Assembly: GCA_964370865.1 (NCBI GenBank)
Contig: CAYJKF010000003.1
Coordinates: 7,735-71,734, forward strand
Source: an uncultured Candidatus Saccharibacteria bacterium
Lineage (GTDB): Bacteria; Patescibacteriota; WWE3; 2-01-FULL-39-13
Reading direction: 5' to 3'
DNA length: 64,000 nucleotides
A program made the position numbers and the translations under genes. Shown here piece after piece: positions 60,657 through 64,000 of the stretch (positions are counted from its first letter, which is position 1; the number at the start of each line of letters is the position of its first letter). The notes under the pieces were generated by a model. The model ran no database searches. It saw only the letters and a program-made list of their open reading frames with translations, and had not been told where the DNA came from.

Positions 60657-61022
60657 ATGAATAAATATACATTAATTGGTTCAATAACATTTCTTATCGC
60701 ATTGAGTGAAATAGCTTTTTTACTCTGCTTATGGGTTTTTGTAATGCCAAAAATGTTTGCTATTTATGATTCTTTCAAAGTAGAAATTTCGTATTGGCCA
60801 TTAACACTTGGAACTGTATTATTAAGTTTTCTAGGACTTGGAGGACTCTTTGTAGCTTATAAACTTTTTTCAAAAGATCAAAATAATAAAAATATATACT
60901 TTAACCTTGGAATAATACAGACGATGCTTGTGTTTGTATTGGTAGGTATATTTGCAGCCTTTGTCGTTCACTCAGCGATTTCTCCTATCTATACACTTTC
61001 CACTGTTCTTGAACCTAAATAG
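60657..61022 (+). CDS. 3-TM membrane protein, PilC/GspF-like TM segments
   Basis: VFVMPKMFAIYDSFKVE and AISPIYTL; ATG 60657 downstream of tRNA. Confidence 0.55.
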   Translation: MNKYTLIGSITFLIALSEIAFLLCLWVFVMPKMFAIYDSFKVEISYWPLTLGTVLLSFLGLGGLFVAYKLFSKDQNNKNIYFNLGIIQTMLVFVLVGIFAAFVVHSAISPIYTLSTVLEPK

Positions 61023-61116
61023 GAATGATCGAACCCAAACCTGAACCGACGCAAGAAGAACTCCTTTTTAAGTACATTAAGGTGACAAATTGAAGCAACG
61101 GCTATATACTCGAAGT

Positions 61117-61716
61117 ATGTTTACACTTCCGGAACTCAAGTACCAATATACTGAGCTAGAACCACATATCGATGCTACTACTATGGAAATTCACCATACA
61201 AAGCATCATCAAGCTTACATCACTAAATTGAATGAGGCTATTGATAAACATCCAGAACTCGCAAATAAAACAATTGAAGAATTATTAAGGGATGTCGACA
61301 CCACCCCAGAAGATATTCAGGCTGCAATTAAAAATCATGGTGGTGGACATCATAATCACTCCTTATTTTGGAATGTAATTGGTCCAAAAGAAACACAACC
61401 ATCTGATGTATTTCAATCAAAAATAAGTAGCCAGTTTGAATCTTATGAGAAGTTTAAGAGTGAATTTACTGAGAACGCGCTATCCAGATTTGGAAGTGGC
61501 TGGTCATGGCTTGTGAAAACATCAGTAGGTGACTTAAAATTATATTCTCTCCCAAACCAAGATTCACCAATTACACTTGGAGATACTCCACTCCTCGGAC
61601 TAGATGTTTGGGAACATGCTTACTATTTAAATTACCAAAATAGGCGAGCTGACTATGTTAATGCCTTCTGGAATATCGTTAACTGGCCTGAAGTTGAAAA
61701 AAATTACTTAAATTAG
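61117..61716 (+). CDS. sodA: Mn/Fe superoxide dismutase (Mn-type signatures)
   Basis: HHTKHH, NHGGGH, FGSGW, NQD, DVWEHAYY. Confidence 0.95.
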   Translation: MFTLPELKYQYTELEPHIDATTMEIHHTKHHQAYITKLNEAIDKHPELANKTIEELLRDVDTTPEDIQAAIKNHGGGHHNHSLFWNVIGPKETQPSDVFQSKISSQFESYEKFKSEFTENALSRFGSGWSWLVKTSVGDLKLYSLPNQDSPITLGDTPLLGLDVWEHAYYLNYQNRRADYVNAFWNIVNWPEVEKNYLN

Positions 61717-62420
61717 ATCGAAAAATATCTACCTGAATTCACATGAAGACTTTGCCCTGTAACATGTTTTGCATTTATCAAAAATAAAATTAGTTCAGCA
61801 ATTTCCTTTGGGTCAGAAGGACTTTTTATTGGTAATCTATCGAGAATATCGGGTCTCTCCTTTAAAATATTTTTACCTAGACCAACATCCATAATACCAG
61901 GACTAATTACATTCGACCTAATACCTTTATTCGAAAACTCTCTTGCACAAGTTAACATTACCCCCTCAAATGCTCGTTTTGAAGTATGATATGGAACCTC
62001 CGATTGAGTTCCACCTTTGGTTGAAACTGAAGATATATAGGTTATTGTATGATTTGATTCTGCCAAATTCGTATTCTTAGATAACCACTTTTTAATTGCA
62101 AGTTGAGTAATTGCGAAGTGGCTTAAAAAGTTTGTCTTATATGGAAGATTAAAATCTTGTATGCTTAAATCTAAAAAATCTTTTGCCTCTAGCATTGCAT
62201 GGGCAAGAACAAGATGATCAAATGAGAGTTGATTAATTGTGGCCAAGGAGTTTTCAAAGTTTGTTAAATTTAAATCAAAGTGAGAAAAGTTTTCATTGGA
62301 TTTTAATTGAGTACCAGCCTTACCAATTGAAATAACTTTATAATTTTTATCCAATAGGGTTGAACAAACAATGGTGCCTAATCCACCATTTCCACCAGTA
62401 ACAAGTACGGTTTCTTGCAT
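61713..62420 (-). CDS. SDR oxidoreductase
   Basis: TGGNGGLG, SS, YHTSK, N.ISPG. Confidence 0.88.
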   Translation of the reverse strand: MQETVLVTGGNGGLGTIVCSTLLDKNYKVISIGKAGTQLKSNENFSHFDLNLTNFENSLATINQLSFDHLVLAHAMLEAKDFLDLSIQDFNLPYKTNFLSHFAITQLAIKKWLSKNTNLAESNHTITYISSVSTKGGTQSEVPYHTSKRAFEGVMLTCAREFSNKGIRSNVISPGIMDVGLGKNILKERPDILDRLPIKSPSDPKEIAELILFLINAKHVTGQSLHVNSGRYFSI

Positions 62421-62461
62421 ACTAATATACTATACCTATGTATTATGTATGTGAAGAATAT

Positions 62462-63238
62462 CTATTCAGTAGCTGATGTTTTTTTTACTTCAACATCCAA
62501 TATTTTTACTGGATTAACTGGAGTCGACATCTCACGCATCATGTTAGCTTTAACAGGTGCAGTGGCAATTTTATCTACAACATCTAATCCACCAACAACA
62601 CTTCCGAAAATCACATAATCTTTTGGTAATGGGTTATCGGCATGCATGATAAAGAATTGACTTCCATTTGTATCGGGACCGGAATTCGCCATCGCTACAG
62701 TTCCTCTTGTATATTCTCCAACAAAAACCTCATCATCAAATTTATATGCAGGACCTCCAGTTCCATCTCCTTTTGGATCACCTGATTGAATCATAAATCC
62801 ATCAATTACTCGATGAAAAATCACATCATTATAAAAACCCAATTCAGCAAGTGATACAAAATTATTTGCCGTAAGTGGCGTTTCTTTTTCATTTACATCG
62901 ATTGTTATGTCTCCTTCAGTCGTTTTTAATACTACCTGGTAATTTGTATTACTTTCCAACTCAGTTGTTGGTTTCGATAGGTTTAATTTTTCTTCTAGTG
63001 ACATCTTTACGTTTGCCATTTTTGTATCCTTTTGTGGAGTTTCAGTAGGTTTTGCAACTGACCCTGTATCATCCTGTGGGAGAGACAAGGAAGTATTTTC
63101 ATCAGAATCATAGCCAAAATCACCAGTTATCTTTGCCTCATTTGATTTTTGATTCTTAGTAGATAGGTAGACAAGACCTAAAAATCCTACAACTAATATA
63201 ACTACTAATACTAACGCTATTGTTTGATTTTTTTCCAT
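62462..63238 (-). CDS. Membrane-anchored cyclophilin PPIase
   Basis: FHRVIDGFMIQSGDP, AMANSGPDTNGSQFFI. Confidence 0.95.
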   Translation of the reverse strand: MEKNQTIALVLVVILVVGFLGLVYLSTKNQKSNEAKITGDFGYDSDENTSLSLPQDDTGSVAKPTETPQKDTKMANVKMSLEEKLNLSKPTTELESNTNYQVVLKTTEGDITIDVNEKETPLTANNFVSLAELGFYNDVIFHRVIDGFMIQSGDPKGDGTGGPAYKFDDEVFVGEYTRGTVAMANSGPDTNGSQFFIMHADNPLPKDYVIFGSVVGGLDVVDKIATAPVKANMMREMSTPVNPVKILDVEVKKTSATE

Positions 63239-63316
63239 AAGGACTTTTTAACACATGCGGAATTTAATATCTATAATCCAATAAATTTTGATAGTATAAT
63301 GTGAGGTGTGACATTT

Positions 63317-63393
<77 letters not shown>

Positions 63394-63430
63394 CATTATA
63401 AATGGGAGGATGTCTTTAAACATCTTGCCC

Positions 63431-64000
63431 ATGGAATCAAAAGTAAATCTCCAGAAATTAAAAGAAAACACTATTAAAGTATTCAATGACTGTTTACTAC
63501 CAAATGGATGCTTAGTAGCCGCGCCATCGCATATGCCATATTATCCATCTCATGCAAAAAGCTATTTGTATAGCTGGCCTGGCAGAGATAATGGATTTAA
63601 TCTTCTTGCGATGGCGCACATTGGTTTCGACAAATACGAACCAGTTTTAACTTGGCTTTGGGAAAGAGCCGAAGATTTCCAGATTGCTATCGAGCCACAC
63701 CATCCCGGATTAATCCATCGCAGTTATTATCCAAACGGAACAATTAGAGAATATCAATTTCAACCAGATCAAGGCGCTACTTTAATATGGAGCATTGATG
63801 AAAAAAACAAACTATTTAATAAATCACCAAGTAGACTTGAAACAAAAATTATTAGAGCTTTAGCTGAGGCTTATAGAACAATATGGAGTGAAAATAAGTT
63901 CACGCTTAACATCGAAGACATCTGGGAAGAAAGAGAACTGGCCATAGACCATGGAAATTTCACTTATTCACTCTCCGTTTGTGCAATTGCAATGGAACGA
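63431..64000 (+). CDS. GH15/glucoamylase-like glycosidase, 3'-truncated (not in ORF track)
   Basis: Manual translation: NGCLVAAP, YLYSWPGRD, FQPDQ, DIWEE. Confidence 0.7.
   Translation, partial: MESKVNLQKLKENTIKVFNDCLLPNGCLVAAPSHMPYYPSHAKSYLYSWPGRDNGFNLLAMAHIGFDKYEPVLTWLWERAEDFQIAIEPHHPGLIHRSYYPNGTIREYQFQPDQGATLIWSIDEKNKLFNKSPSRLETKIIRALAEAYRTIWSENKFTLNIEDIWEERELAIDHGNFTYSLSVCAIAMER

Noticed and set aside
526-62618. Short overlapping or antisense ORFs (e.g. 866-1144, 11848-12234, 36388-36636, 57421-57765, 59435-59968)
   Set aside because: Shadows of better-supported genes, with no recognisable motifs

Overview
AT-rich bacterial chromosome segment read in the standard code (TGA = stop). Gene content suggests a Patescibacteria/CPR organism (inference): short AspRS and HrcA, two sortases, MurM/FemAB, and many apparently leaderless genes. 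Core genes include a DEAD-box helicase, csoR-copA copper operon, aspS, PBP1A, polX, hrcA-grpE-dnaK-dnaJ, ksgA, a UvrD-nuclease, trmD, IMPDH/GMPR, sod, a cyclophilin and 8 tRNAs. The main accessory feature is a ~15.5 kb element (about 18079-33631) integrated at the 3' end of tRNA-Gln. Its large serine recombinase reads through the att site, and a ready-made alternative C-terminus sits at the far boundary, so excision would swap the integrase tail. The element carries an SF1 helicase-nuclease-WYL-like fusion, a nuclease flanked by 12 zinc-ribbon repeats, an RxxxxH (HEPN-like) protein, a terS-like gene, Xis, and a Rep-like gene with four 21-bp-phased repeats. A decayed islet with the same architecture follows tRNA-Gly(GCC) and carries a TIR protein. 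Also notable: a surface polyprotein with an internal sortase signal followed by a second signal peptide, an ApbE/ferric-reductase redox cluster, a minimal cellulose-synthase-like operon and a variant CIRCE palindrome. All family assignments are from motif recognition by eye; no searches were run.
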